A DNA stretch of 64,000 bases from the NCBI RefSeq assembly GCF_009914755.1, contig NC_060937.1. One strand, given 5' to 3'. The DNA comes from the human T2T-CHM13v2.0 reference genome, Homo sapiens. The stretch's first letter is position 1; each line of letters begins with the position of its first letter. Position numbers and translations under genes: made by a program. The notes beneath the pieces were generated by a model that did no database searches, was not told the origin of the DNA, and was given only the letters and a program-made list of their open reading frames with translations. Positions 26,060-40,571 of this stretch are shown here, one piece after another.

Positions 26060-26688
26060 CAGCCAGCAACCAGCAAGATCAGTACCAGTGGACTGACAGG
26101 AAAAGGCCACAAAGCAGGGAGCTGAGGCATGCATGGGGGGAGGGGAGGTGTACACAGAAAGAAGATTCTTTCATTAAGAAGAAAGAAGATTCTGTTCTTT
26201 CAGAAGATTATTGTTGACAGGGATGAGAGGAAATAATGGAAGGTGGAGGGAGGCTTTTGTGAGGTGTCAGACTTGTGTTTCTACCTTGAAGGTAAATAGT
26301 AAGCCCAGAAGGAGAGTTTAAAGGTACAGATATTGCTAATGGCAGACAAAGGCATACACTAAATAAAGTTTTTAAAGAACCTAGAAGGAGTGAGATTGTT
26401 CTTAGGGAAAAGGATTGGTCTTGGACAGATGTCCACTGGCTAAAGAGAAAGCAGTAAGGATGTGACAAATAATTTTACCAATCAGAATTCAAGAAGTTGA
26501 ATGTGGCTCTGCCTGGGATACCTTTCTTTGTTTCCCAGGAATATAAACTGAGGAATATTAGAAATGAGAAAAGGTTATCGGATTTGGCAATTGGAAGGTC
26601 ATTTGTGATCTTTGCAAGGGCAGGTTTAATGCTTCCTTCAGCCAACAAATATTTATAATCCTGGTGAATGGAGCACTAGACAGGACCT

Positions 26689-27265
26689 TGTTACAGGACC
26701 AACAGGTTCATATGCCTCCTGCACAGTAACAGACCAATATACCAAGACAGCAGGATTTGCAGCAGAGAAAGAGATTAATGATTGAAGGGCAGCTGAATGA
26801 GGAGATGCGAGGAGACCTCCCCCCCACAATCATCTCCTGAGGAGTTCTGGGTTGGAGTTTTTAAGGAGATTGTAGGGGACAAGAGGCCGAAAAAAATTGA
26901 GTCATTGATCGGTCAGGGTAAGAGGGATGAAATCCTCAGGATGTGGAAACTACATTCTTTACTCAGTCAGTTTCTTACTTCAGACCAGTCTCCTTCAGAC
27001 CAGCTGATGTCGGTAGTTTCACTGGTATGCAGGACCTGAAAGGATATCTCAAAGGGAAAACTTAAGATTTTATGATGTTCAAGTTACATAGAGTCTTGTA
27101 ACAGGATCTACTGATTCTGGGGCAATAAGTAAACAACTATAAGGAAGCAGATCAGAGAGCAAGCTCACCTAATGATTAATGCTGAATGCTTGCAGCTTGA
27201 TTTATTTTCATTTCTGCCTCTCCCTTCTTCCTTGATTAATTTTATAATTTATAGGGATGGTTTCA
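26689..27265 (-). mobile_element. ERV1 solo LTR (LTR26-like)
   Basis: Minus strand TGAAACCATCCCTATAAA...TAACA; 4-bp TSD ACCT. Confidence 0.78.
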
Positions 27266-27669
27266 ACCTCCCAAGACAGGAGACTTGGAGTCCAGATTTA
27301 ACTCTTTACCAAATTAGCTCTTCATAATGAAGGCACCATTTGGGACACTTATTCCCCCAAAATGAAGAAGTTGGATGAAACGACAGCTAAGGTAGTGTCC
27401 AACATTTACATTGTGTATCTGTTCTAATACTATGTTGAAGGCACAAGGCTGGTCATGGTATGAAATTTAAAGATCCAATGAGAGGCAGGGATTTGGACTT
27501 TCAAGGACATCAGAGTCTCTAAAAACAAATAATTCCTAATAAAAAGTCATCCTGCAGTGTTCCTTCCTGAGTCAAGGTCTGCTGTCAGGGAGAAAGCATT
27601 GAAATTTCTATTTCAAAAGAAAAAAATGTGACCAATTTCTAACATGATTTAAAAAAATTCCTTAGTGCC

Positions 27670-28040
<371 letters not shown>

Positions 28041-30678
28041 TCACTACCTGATAAAGTTAGTTCTCAATATGAGAAATGTGAGAAAAGAATGAGCCATAAA
28101 TTTAGGGGTTTTACCCAGTGGGCAAATTGGGTATTAATTTGACTATATTGCTTGGGCCCCTCAGGATGTTTAGCACAATGCACTAGATGGAAAGTTGTGA
28201 TTGCACATTATATATTTTGAGACAAAATAACTTCTGCCAATTCTTGAGCTAAAGGAACAGAAAATATAAGCACACATAATGGAGACTGTAGAAATTTGAT
28301 ATTAAAAGATGTATTATGTTGTCTGATACATCTTCCTGTCAACATGTTCATTATAATGTGTTCTTTTATTCTGTCCTATTCAGAATTTCTAGTTGTCTGT
28401 ACATTGATTTTACACCTCCCACCACAAAGCTCAGAAACATTGACAAGCATCCTCATATACTCTAAAACGATGCAGTATGAGGAGGAGGACATTTCTATTG
28501 CTTTGATCTTCATAAAAATGCTCACATGGTTAATTTGTTCAGCTCCAAGTCTTTAGTATCTTGTCACTCCTTTTGAATACTCCAAAAGATGCTTAGATCT
28601 GATTAGACTGAAAGTGCTCCTAAAACAACAGGGGTTTGTTAGAATATGGATTATTCCAGAGGTGTGTCAATGCCATTCCAATCCATTGTTTTCAAAACCA
28701 AACCACCCACCATCAGTAACTAGTTGTCCACTGTGGTAAATTTGTAGGTAGCCGCTTGTTTCCTTTCCTCCTAAAAGCCCCTGCTTCTCCTCTAAAACTC
28801 TGAGCTGCCCTCTAAGAGGATGGAGTCACTTCCTTCTTTCACTTCCCACATGAGATTGTGTTGTAGGAGAGGCAATTGGGCAGCCAATGAACTGTGGGAT
28901 TTAGGGTTCAGGAGACTGGCTGCAAGTCCTTCTCTTTCCATTTATTGCTGTGTAATGTTTAGCTATCGCCTCATCAGAAGCCAAATGTATTCCTCTGTAA
29001 AAGTTAATAAAACCTGAGTGATCAATGTGTGATGTTGGGTTGCTGTGAAGAAGGAAAAGAAATAGTCGACAGAAGAGCACTTTGCAAACCACTCTATGAC
29101 CTACGACTTGTTGTGAGAGAGAAGATGAAGCTGAGCAACCTCAGTGCTGTCCTCTCAAAACATGCAAAACTTTTCCTCTGACCCAGTTCCTCACCTGCCA
29201 TGGAGCTGTCACCACTGCTGCTCTGCTGGGTCTGTGAAAGAGCACAGGTGCATGGAGGCAGGTGCCAGCCCCATTACCTGCAAGCCTGTCCTGACATTCC
29301 GGTATCTCCAGACGAGGCTTGCTGGCACTTGGGCTAGCTTGCTGGGGTAGTTTCAAGTGACTATTCTGGAGCCTTATTTTTCAGAATTACCAAAATTGCA
29401 ACAGTGGTAATTTTAAGCATATTTTGATCCTGTATATAACAAAGCAGATACTATTTAACAAGGAATCATTGGATGATTCCTGTTCGACAAAAGAAATAAT
29501 CAAGTCAAACAAAAATATGACATTTTACTATCTCCCTAAATGATCAAAGGACTCCTACTTTTGTCTAATGTACTTATTAAATCAGTGCACACTTCCATCC
29601 CATTATGGGACCTGATATGATGCCAATCCCAGTTTAAGAGTAGAGGAGTAGTACAGAGTATGTTCTGGAATTTTTTTCTCCCTAAAGATCACGCTGTTAC
29701 CCCTATTTGAGAGAAATTCAAAAAGTTCATGGAAAAATTAGATTAAAACATGAAAGAAAAATATACAAATTGTATTTTTCAACATAAGCTCCATCAAGTT
29801 CAAAATGCTTTTGTAATTAATGATACCAGCCATTTAGTTCAACCATAAAGAATCAAGGGGCCTGGGGATTTAACCATGTCAATGAAGTCTTTTTTTATAT
29901 ATTAACTGAATAAATGGATGCCCCTCACAGGTTTTTTAAGGTTTGGAAAGAAAAAATCAGAAGAAGCCAAATCGGGACTGTAAGGTGGATGCCTACTGAT
30001 TTTCCATCAAAACTCTAGCAAAAGTGTCCTTGTTTGATGAGAGGAATGAGCAGGACATTGTCATGGTGGAGAAGGATTCTGTGGTAAAGCTTTTCCAGGC
30101 ATTTTTCTGCTAAAGCTTTGGCTTTCTCAAAACACTCTTATCATAGGCACATGTTACCATTTTTTGGCCCTCCAGAAAGTCAACAAACAAAATGCCTTGA
30201 GCATCTCAAAAAACTGTTGCCATGACCTCTGCTGTTGATGGATTGATGCACTTTTGCTTTAACTGAACCACTTCCATCTTTTGGTAGCCATGGCTCTGAC
30301 TGTGCTTTGTCTTGAGGATTACACTGGTGAAGCCATGTTCCATTTCCTCTTACAATTCTTTGGAAAAAAAAAAAGTGCTTCAGGATCATGATCTCACTTG
30401 TTGAAAATTTTCATTGAAAGCTCTACCCTTGTCTGCAGCTGATCTGGATACATCAGTTTTGGCACCCATCGAGTGGAAAGTTTGCTCAACTTTAAATTTT
30501 CAGGCAAAATGTTGTAAGCTGAATCAATTGAGATGTCTATAGTGTTGACTATTTTTTGTGCTATTAATCCTGAGTCCTTTTCAGTTAGAGCACAAATGAG
30601 ATGAATTTTTTCCTCACACATTGATGTAAATGGCCTGCCGCTGTGGGTTTCATCTTCAACATCATCTCACCCCTTCTT

Positions 30679-31030
30679 TTTTATTTATTTATTTATTTGT
30701 TTGTTTTTATTATACTTTAAGTTTCGGGATACATGTGCAGAATGTGCAGGTTTGTTACACAGGTATACACATGCCATGGTGGTGTGCTGCACCCATCAAC
30801 CCATCACCTATATTAGGTATTTCTCCTAATGCTATCCCTCCCCTAGTCCCCAACCCCCCGACAGGCTCCGGTGTGTGGTGTTCCCCTCCCTATGTCCATG
30901 TGTTCTCATTGTTCAACTCCCACTTATGAGTGAGAACATGCAGTGTTTGGTTTTCTGTTCCTGTGTTAGTTTGCTGAGAATGATGGTTTCCAACCTCATC
31001 CATGTCCCTGCAAAGGACATGAATTTATCC
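30679..31030 (-). mobile_element. L1PA (L1PA7-like) 3' end, part of Alu-L1 chimera
   Basis: L1 3'UTR and ORF2 C-terminus [36 protein letters not shown]. Confidence 0.92.
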
Positions 31031-31338
<308 letters not shown>

Positions 31339-34300
31339 TGAGTTATCCATTTTTATCTTTTGAGGCATTGTCCCATAAACTTTTCATAAAGCATCAATGA
31401 TTTCACCATTCTTCCACCCAAGCTTTACCATAAATTTGATGCTTGTTCTTAAATTTTAGCAGAATTCATGTTGCTCTGATAGAGGATCTTTTCAAACTGA
31501 TGTCTTATCCTTCTTAGTGCCTTAAACTAGATCCTGCTCAGATATGTCATAACAAATTGGTATAAGTTTGTTTTGGTGCAAAAAAATTTTGAAATCCATG
31601 CATAGTTTTTTCACAATATGCAATATTCATGAATCTTTGAAGACCCCTTGTAAAACCAAATAAGCTTCAATTGAAACCCCTGAATTAAGTTTTCAAATAT
31701 TCTGGGATTACATAGTTATCCTTTTAAGTCAAATGATGATTCCAATAATAGATATACATTTTTCATGTTATCCAAGATTGGCTCTGATTGTATATCTATC
31801 ACTGGAGTAAAAAAGCTGAATTAACGTAACTTCAAAAAACGGTATCCAGGATCACCAAAGTGAATTGCGCTGCTATAAATATGTCAAATATGTGCAACCT
31901 CTAAAGAAGGTATTATCATCTCAGAAAGCAACGTTTTAAAAAATGTATTCTATTAATATTTTCTTATAAATAAAATGACATCATTTGATGACACTACATT
32001 ACAATAGTCCATTTTTATTGAAAGTATTTTGACTCAATTTCATTTTCACTGTATGACTCAAAATAAATGGTATTCAATAGAGTTGTCACATTTATTATGT
32101 CATTTGTTTGTCAGATTACTGTCCCTTATTAGAGATGAGAAATCAGGCTTATAGCACAGTGCTGATGCAAACTGGATATGTATAACTGAATGAATCAATG
32201 AATCAATCACAATTTTAAGGGATTGCTCACGCTTGAATTGCTAGAAGGACCTGACTTGAACCTATCACTTTGGTCCACTGTTCCCTTTCACAGCATCACA
32301 CTCCCTCCTCTTCTCTTAGTAACACAAGAGAAGTTTAAGCTAATTGTCACATCTAATATAAATTTATAAGTAATCACACCTCCTCTCATGCACATGTGGA
32401 AATGTTAGTTCCAGATTCCAAGGAAATGTACTGAAATGATGTTCATTAGGATTAATTCCTAGAAATTCTCTTGTCTCTCTCTCTGTCTCCCTTGGGTCTT
32501 CTCCAGCAAAGGTTTAAATTTTACATTTCAAAACAGACTGTTCCATTGTTTCATTCCTGGAACCTACTCCTTGTTGAGAATCTCAACAAATCACATGTAG
32601 CTGTGCAGCTGTGGGCCTGGAATGAGTAGGGGGGAATGTAATTTGGCAAAAATTGCTTCAGAGATCTATGAGATATGTCATACAGATTGTGTGTCCTTTC
32701 CTCAGTAAGATCTAATGTAGGAGGAAAAATACAGCAATCAGAATAAAGAAGCTTCATTCTCCTTACCACAGAGGAAATTTTTATCAAAGATCTGAAGGTT
32801 CCAAATGAGCACACTGCTTAATCAAGCTATTTCTAGACCTCAGACTTTAATATTATAATGCTGGACAGAGAGAGGATAGAGTACAAAGCATGCTGAGAAA
32901 TAGAATGGCCACTCAAGAGGCCCAGAAAGTTCACGTTTTAGCCCTTTTCATAAAATTTTATGTATAATGGCATAGCAAGCTCTAGGCAAACACCGAAGTG
33001 GAAATATAGCCTTATTCCCCATTACATTTCTTTCACAAAATGATGGCCCACTTTCTCCTGCACAAAGATGAGAAGAAGCCCAATAGCATTGCATTATCTG
33101 TTGAGATTTCACCCTGAAGAACTTAAGTTTAAGCATATCCCATTGATTGCCTGGCATTAAAAAGCAGATATAATTTTACCCTTTGAAAGGAAAGACAATC
33201 AACAACCCAGCTGTGCATATTCATTTACGAAATCAATAGGATGCTGAGATCAGTTCTCAAGCTTCTATTTCACACATTTGTAGACTCAGGTGAGGGTCAG
33301 GCCAAGTCCCAAAACGTTTAGCTGTATCACCTGGGAATGAAGGATTCTTCGTGAGAGTGAGGGGCAGGAAACATCATGGGTCAAATTAATAAAATGGTTA
33401 AAAGAAACCACTTGGGTGATGAATTGTTTTGGTTTTTATACTTTCTGGCTAAATGAAGATTTAGCAGAAAAGCATCTGTTTAAATACTTGTTGTTTTACA
33501 CATTTCTACACTGTTTTAGTCGTTTTCCTACGTTAATGAGTATGGCATATTAAAGCTACTCTGTGACAAGTTTGCATGGTTTACAGGAAGAATAGGGTGA
33601 TAGTATCCGTGTGAGTATTTTACAGGCAGTTATGGGAGTACAGACTAGAAGCAGAGGATGCCTTCAAACTCAAAGGCTCTAAGGTATGGGAAGAAGGAGA
33701 AAGGGAGCGACCTTTTCATGGCCATAAAGTCTTTAAGTGATCTGATAAAACACGAATCCTATTCCTGCCAAATCATATACCCAGATAAAGTTTTGGCATA
33801 CAATTCTACCTGGGTCATGTATTCTTAACTCTTGAAGTTCCTTTAATCACCAATTGTATAAAAACTAATTTATTTGCTTGTTTTCCCATTTCTCCAAAGG
33901 TGGCATACAGAAAACAAATCTTCCTATCTATGTTTCTAATTAATAAGTCATTACTTTTAGCCTTATATTTACCTAGATTTTTTTTGTAAAGTGCTTGTAC
34001 AAATATGATTTTAAATTCCTGCAATACCCTATGATGCAGATGGGGAAAGCAGTGTTATGTACACTTCATAGGTCAGGCAGTGGGATAACGCGGAGTTAAG
34101 CTGCAGAGATAAGACTAAAAGTCTTGCCTTCTGCCTTAGCACTCTTTTCACCAGGTCAGCTATCAAACTGCCCTCTGAGAACCCCGTTGGGGGTCCATGA
34201 AGATGAGGCAATAGTATTTGTACTTCACCCAAAATAGTCATCTGTTTCTTGGTTTTTTGACATGGTTGGGTTTCTATTTAATTTTGTGTTTAAAGAAAGG

Positions 34301-34632
34301 ACCAAATTTCTTTGGTCATATTAAATATTTATTACTGCATTTATTTTTTTCTTATTGTACATAGTATTTATTATTTCCTGTATAATATATAAGTATTATA
34401 ATGTAAACAAATATCTACAAGCATCTGGGCTAATATCAAACCTATGATCTAAAAAAAACTACATAAAGTTTCATCATAGAAACCCAGATTAAAGGAAACT
34501 AGGCCCCTTCCTAGGTAAGATTCCTGAACTTAGTAGGAATGAACAAGCTATGATGAAACAAATCCAAGGCTTCAGGGTAGATCCTGGTCTCTGGGGATAG
34601 TGAATGCTGAAGTAATTAAGAGCAAGAGCTCG

Positions 34633-34786
34633 GCTTTTCCTCTTTGACTTAGCCTGCTGTTCAGTTTTGTTCAGCGGCCGTCTTCTATCTGTTTGGTCAG
34701 CTGGAGCCGACCAAAACATGCAGTTGTTGCACAGAAGACAGCAACAAAGTAAAACTGAACAGCCTGCTATGTAAAAGAGGAAAAGC
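34633..34786. other. Long imperfect inverted repeat / hairpin
   Basis: 36-bp outer arms (32/36 complementary) plus two inner stems; see findings. Confidence 0.85.
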
Positions 34787-35313
34787 ACAGGAAACACTTA
34801 GGTTGGAGTTGGGGGCACAGGGCAGTAAAGAGATCGGTGTAGAGAATCGATAAGAAGGAAAAGAAGAGACGAAGAAATAATAGAGAAATATATAAGTAAA
34901 ACATTATGGCTTTTATGATTTCTTGTTTATAAGAGTGGGAAGAAGGAGAAAGAAAGAGAAACAGTGATTTCTAGGTCTTAAGTCCTATGGTCTGAGCATT
35001 TGCCAACAAATGAGACAAGGGATGTAGGGGAGAAGTGAGCTTGTGGGGGAACATGATAAATGTAGTTCAGGATATACTTAGCTTGAGGGGCTGTGAAACA
35101 TCCCTGGAGAGATGGCGACCTGGCAGTAGAGCGAGTGAGTCTGATGTCCACAGGAAAGCTCTATTTGAGTTAAAGATACTCGTGAGTCACCATGGTCTCT
35201 TTCTCATCAGTGTCCACGTGTATATTAGAACCATGGGAGCAGCCAGAGATGGTGTGGTGTGAGAAGAGAGGAAGGTGTCGGGTGGAATTCTGAGGAATAC
35301 CAAGGGAAGGCCA

Positions 35314-35687
35314 TGTATTAGTCTGTTTTCACATTGCTATAAAGAATACCCGAGACTGGATTATTTATGAAGGAAAGAAGTTTAATTGGCTCACATTTCT
35401 ACATGGCTGCAGAGGCCTCAGGAAACTTACAATCATGGCAGAAGGGGAAGCAGGCAAATTTTACATGGTGGCAGGCGAGAGAGAGAGCATATGAAGGAGG
35501 AACTGTCAAACACTTATAAAACCATCAGATCTCGTGAGAACTCACTCACTACCATGAGAACAGCATGGGGGAATCTGCCTCCATGATCCAATCACCTCCC
35601 ACCAGGTCCCTCCCTCAACACGTGGAGATGATGAGGATTACAATCTGAGATGAGATTTGGGTGAGAACACAGAGCCAAACCATATCA
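35314..35687 (-). mobile_element. MSTA solo LTR
   Basis: TGTATTAGTCTGTTTTCAC...AGCCAAACCATATCA; 5-bp TSD GGCCA. Confidence 0.9.
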
Positions 35688-36279
35688 GGCCACAACAGAA
35701 ATGGTAGGGGAAGGCCCAAGAGAAAGAAGAAAAGCCACTTCTGTGGTATAAAGGAAAAGAAATTCACATTCAGCAGAGGTAACCAGTAAGCAAATGACTG
35801 AAAGGTATCCTTTGAAATTTAGAGGCTGATGGGAACCTTACTGAGGGCAGCTTGATAGAGTGTGTGGAGTGTTGGAGCTTATGAAATTTGAAGTAGAAAA
35901 TTCAGATGATGATGCAATCCAGTGGAAAGAGGGGTATGCCTAAGGATTAAAATACTGAAATGGAAAGAAAGTAAAGATCAATAGAGCTGAGATCAAAGAA
36001 CATAAAACTAGATGAGTTGTTAAAGTATCCCAGGATGGTTGTTTGTGTGAGAAGGAGTGGATCAATGAGGTGCAGATGTCTGCGGTGGATTGTGTAAGTA
36101 ACTGCCCACCCGCACCCGCCCCCAGCCCCAAAAACACAGCAAGGAAACAGCGATGGAGAATAGTGTGGTCACATTGCAATGAAGAACCTAGTTAATCCTA
36201 AGCAACCTCACCCTCCACCACTACCAGCAGGCCTGAAATGTTGTGGGTGTGGGCGAATAAGCCCTCCCCACAGAAGAGA

Positions 36280-36321
36280 GCTGAAAGAGAAATGATATTA
36301 GCTGAAAGAGAAATGATATTA
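36280..36321. repeat. Perfect 21-bp tandem duplication
   Basis: GCTGAAAGAGAAATGATATTA x2. Confidence 0.9.
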
Positions 36322-37284
36322 TATAGGAAGGGTGAAAAGAATGTTCTATGGAGATACTGAAGAAACACAGGCGCTCCTTAAAATAGAACATGATTCCAAA
36401 AGACCTGGTCAAAGGTGTGTGGGTCATTCAAGTGGGAGAGTCAGAGATAAAACGCTGAGCTGAAGAGTAGAGGGTATGTCTAGAAGAGACAATGGATGAT
36501 GGAGATGGGACATGGAGGAGCTTGACAAGAAGCAGGGATGGAACTTATTGGCTGCAAATATACCAATGCAGGCACAGGTTGTGTGGGTGTCAGAATGGAC
36601 CTGGTATCCCATGTGGTATTGGACCTGGATGGGGTATGGAGGGAGGGGCTGTACCTCCTAGTTTCCTGGCTGAATTTCATTGCTTCCTCATATAAAATGG
36701 TGAGAAGTAGAAGAGAGAGTTAGTGATAGTTTATCCTCAGGATGGTTAATCCAGGAATGGTATGAATAGAGACTAACAGTCCTAAGCCTTTGCACATTCT
36801 TTCTGTGCCCTTAGGGTTACTTTTTCCCTCTTCAATCACTATTGTGGCATGTTTTTATAAAACTGATTTTGTCTACCACATTGGCTTCTTTGAAACCTAT
36901 GGAAGGTATATCAGGTATCCCATCTGGATGCCCAGAAGACAATTAACAGTAATTGGCGAGAGTAGAGAAAGAGAGGCGGTGGTCAGTGGATAGCTGAGAA
37001 GACATGGGAGATATCATCAATAGAGGCGGCACATGCTTTGTTCCTTCATTCCAAAATTTATTTCAGTATGACAAAGATCAATAAAGAGTTCTCACCACTC
37101 TCAAGGTTCCCTGTGCTCTTTCTCATTAAGCCTATTTCTTCCAGAATCCTCAGCAGTCTCCACCACTGTCTTTCTTCCTGAACACACACCTCCATATTAA
37201 TTGGGTATTAGTTTGATGCTGCAGGGACTATATAAAACTGTCCTTAATGTAAAGAGGGAAGGACAGCTGAAAGGCAGTAGGTAA

Positions 37285-37425
37285 ACAGAGCCCTGGAGTC
37301 AGAGTAAGAAGGCTGAGGGTGATCTCTAGCCATTCTATTTACTAATTCTGTGGTTTTGGATAAGGTACATAACCTCTTTACCTCAGTTTCCTCATCTATC
37401 CAAAGGAGATAATAATTTCTATTCA
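37285..37425 (+). mobile_element. MIR (continues at ~39735-39800 after the L1)
   Basis: CTGGAGTCAGA...CCTCAGTTTCCTCATCT core; resumes AAATGAGGTGTATTGAAGTGCTT beyond the L1. Confidence 0.7.
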
Positions 37426-39720
37426 GAGATAGGCCAAGGTGGCCAATTAGAAGCAGCTGCGGTCCACAACACTCACAGAGGAATAAAAGGGGTGAGTGAA
37501 TACAGCACCTTCAACCAAAATAATCAGGTACTAGCACTGGAACTGATCAGGGAAACAACTTGAACCCATGGAGAAGGAAGAAAAGCAGGGTGGGCTGACG
37601 GCCCATCCAGGAACAGCATGGAGCCAAGCAACCCCCACCTCCAGCCAAGGGAAGCGGTGAGTGAATGTGTGACCCTGGGAAACCATGCTTCTCCCACGGG
37701 TATTTTCAACCCTTAGATCAGGAGATCCCCTTGTGAGCCCATGCCACCACAGCTTTGGGTCTGACACACAGAGCTATGTGGAGGGTAGGCGGAGCAGCTG
37801 CTCAGGCATGCACACAGACCCAGGAGCTTACAGATTCCAGCTGTAACCCAGGAGCTTACAGACTCCAGCTGGGATCTCTGACAAAGGGAACTGCAACTCA
37901 GGCAAGGCAGGAGGTCCGTACATACCCCTAGCAAGGGGGCTGAATCCAGGGGACTGAGCAGCATCAGTTTGCAAATCCCACTTCCACAGCACCTCACAAG
38001 AAAATACCCACTGGCTTGGAATTCCAGCCAGCCACCAGCAACAGGGTGGAGCCACCCTGAAACAGGACGGAGCCCCCAAGGGGGAGGGGCAAGCCACCAA
38101 CTCTATCATTTGGTTGACTCAGACATTCCAGCCTGCAGACTTTAGAGAATTCAAACGGTCCGGACAAGGAAGAACCCCCCACCCCTCCCCAACATCCCTC
38201 ATCCCCAACCCCACCCCCCATCCTCCCTCCGCCCCCTTCCCTCTACCTCCCACCCCCCACCCCACTCCCTGCACAGCACAGTTGCTTTGCCAGAAGTGGC
38301 CAGACTGCTTCTTTAAACAGGACCCCAATCCACTCCTCCTGATGGGGCAGGTCTTCCCAGCCGGGACCTCCGGCTACCCCTGCCCCTATTCTATGGACAG
38401 AGTTTTGATTTCTCCCTCTGACATAGTGCCCATAGAGAGGTGCAGACCGCCATCTTTGCAGTTTGGGCAAATCAGCCACTCCAGCCTGCAGGCTTTGGAG
38501 AGTCCAAGCCGAGTGGGGCAGAGGTGGTTCCCCAGCACAGCTCGGCTGTTTTGTCCCCAGCACAGCATGGCCAGATTGCTCCTTTAAACAGGACCCAGAT
38601 CCATTCCTCCTGGCTGGGTGGATCCTCCCAGCTGAGGCCACCGACCACGCCCTCCCATGTTCTACGGCCGACAGAGTTCTAATTTCTCCCTGGCACGGAG
38701 TGCCAGTGTGGGGTTGTGGGGGAGCAGGCCACCATCTTCACCGTTTGGGCATCTCGGCCGGTCCAGCCTGTAGGTCTTGGAGATGCCAAACTGGGGACTG
38801 AAGAGATCCCCAACACAGCACACTTGCTCTACCAAAAAGCAGCCAGATTGCTTCCCTAAGTGGGTCCCTGATCCCATTCCTCCTGACAAGGCGAGACCTA
38901 CCAACCAGGGTCTCCAGCCCCATCCTACTGACACATTCAGGCAGGCAACAGGTCATTACCATCCCGGGATAGAGCTTTCAGAGGAAGGGGCAAGCTGTCA
39001 TCTTTGCTGTTTCACAGCCTTCACTGGTGATACCTCCGGGTATGAGAAAAACCAAGGTGACTAGGGGTCTGAAGCGCACCCTCAGCAAACTGCAGCAGCC
39101 CTATGCAAGAGTGGCCAGACAGTTAAAAGAAAAACAAACCAAAAGCAACAACAATAAAAACCACACACACAAAAAACCCATCCAAAGGTCAGCAACCTCA
39201 AAGATTAAAGGTAGATAAGCCCACAAAGGTGAGAAAGAATCAGTGCAAAAACGCTGAAAACTCAAAAAGCCAGGGTGCCACCTTTCCTTCAAATGACCGC
39301 AACACCTCTCCAGCAAGGGTTCAGAGCTGGGCAGAGGCTGAGATAGCTGAAATGACAGAAGTAGGCTTCAGAATGTGGAGAAAAGCGAACTTCACTGAGC
39401 CAAAGGATGATGTTGTAGCCCAATGCAAAGAAGCTAAGAATCATAATAAAACAATGCATGTTCTCACTTGTAAGTGGGAGCCGAATAATGAAAATACATG
39501 GACACATTGAGGGGAACAACACACACTGGGGCCTGTCAGAGGGTGGGGGTTGGGAGGAGGGAGAGGATCAGAAAGAATAGCTAATGGATGCTGGGCTCAA
39601 TACCTGGGTGATGGGATGATCTGTGCAGCAAACCACCATGGCACACATTTGCCTATGTAACAAAGCTACACATACTGCACATGTGTCCCTGAATCTAAAA
39701 TAAAAGTTGGAAATAAAAAT
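37426..39720 (+). mobile_element. L1 (L1PA13-16/L1PREC2-type), internally deleted: 5'UTR + ORF1 start fused to 3' end
   Basis: 5'UTR with ~250-bp internal repeats. ORF1 N-terminus (RKNQCKNAENSKSQ...EVGFR) joins the L1 3' terminal sequence at TGCA 39455-39458. Imperfect TSD AATAATT..TATTCA. Confidence 0.9.
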
Positions 39721-40571
39721 AATAATTATTGTTATTCAAAAGGATTTTATCAGAACTAAATGAGGTGTATTGAAGTGCTTTAGAAATTATAAAACCTCAT
39801 ACTATATTGAAGATATTATCGAATATGGTGAGCAAGAAAGGTTTGAGTAGAACAGTTTGGGTATTCTTGGAAGACAATGCACTCTCTGCTACGTGGTACA
39901 GCAGATACTTTCCCCATGATTGTAACTATGTATGCAGATGTAGAAAGACATAAAATCACAACTCCATGCAAACTGTCCCAGAATGTTTTCTCAGGTAAAC
40001 TAGGTCAACAGTCTGTTCATTAGTATTTTGTAAGCTAAAATTGCAAGTCACAAATGCTTATTCTTTATTCCTTCTTTATTTCCCATAAAGCATTTAAATC
40101 AGGCAAGAATCTAATAAAAAATTGTACTTATTGAATCATTGAATAGGTAGAAAAACCTTATATAGAGATAGGAATATCTTATATATCTTTAGCTTTAAAG
40201 AACTTTAGAACTCAAAGAACAAAGAAGACAATGACAATATATATATATGTATGAGTGAGAGTTGCCCTTTCTTCATTTATGACTATCCTAAAACCCCTTT
40301 AAGCATTGTATAAAGTCCTTTCCAACTCTAAAAAGTATTTATACATGAATAATTTCTCAATTGCAGCAAGTTTTTCACACTTGTAACTAAGAATCAACTC
40401 CATTATTATTTTATAATGTGAACAAAATTGCAAAGGAATGCTGATTCCAGTCCAAAAAAGCCATTTTATGTGGATTCTTATGGCACTCCTCACCCATACT
40501 TGTGAGTCACAGGTGCAAAAACACAAACACAAAAATGGTCACAAAATGTAAATATATTTAAAAACACCTTC

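Larger units (their letters stand above)
34880..37030 (-). mobile_element. Long decayed L2 LINE (split by MSTA)
   Basis: Purine-rich antisense L2 motifs (GTGAAACATCCCTGGAGAGATG, GTATCCATCTGGATGCCCAGAAGAC). Confidence 0.55.

Noticed and set aside
37994-39064. Cluster of overlapping GC-rich ORFs with repeated peptides
   Set aside because: Explained by the internal repeats of the L1 5'UTR.
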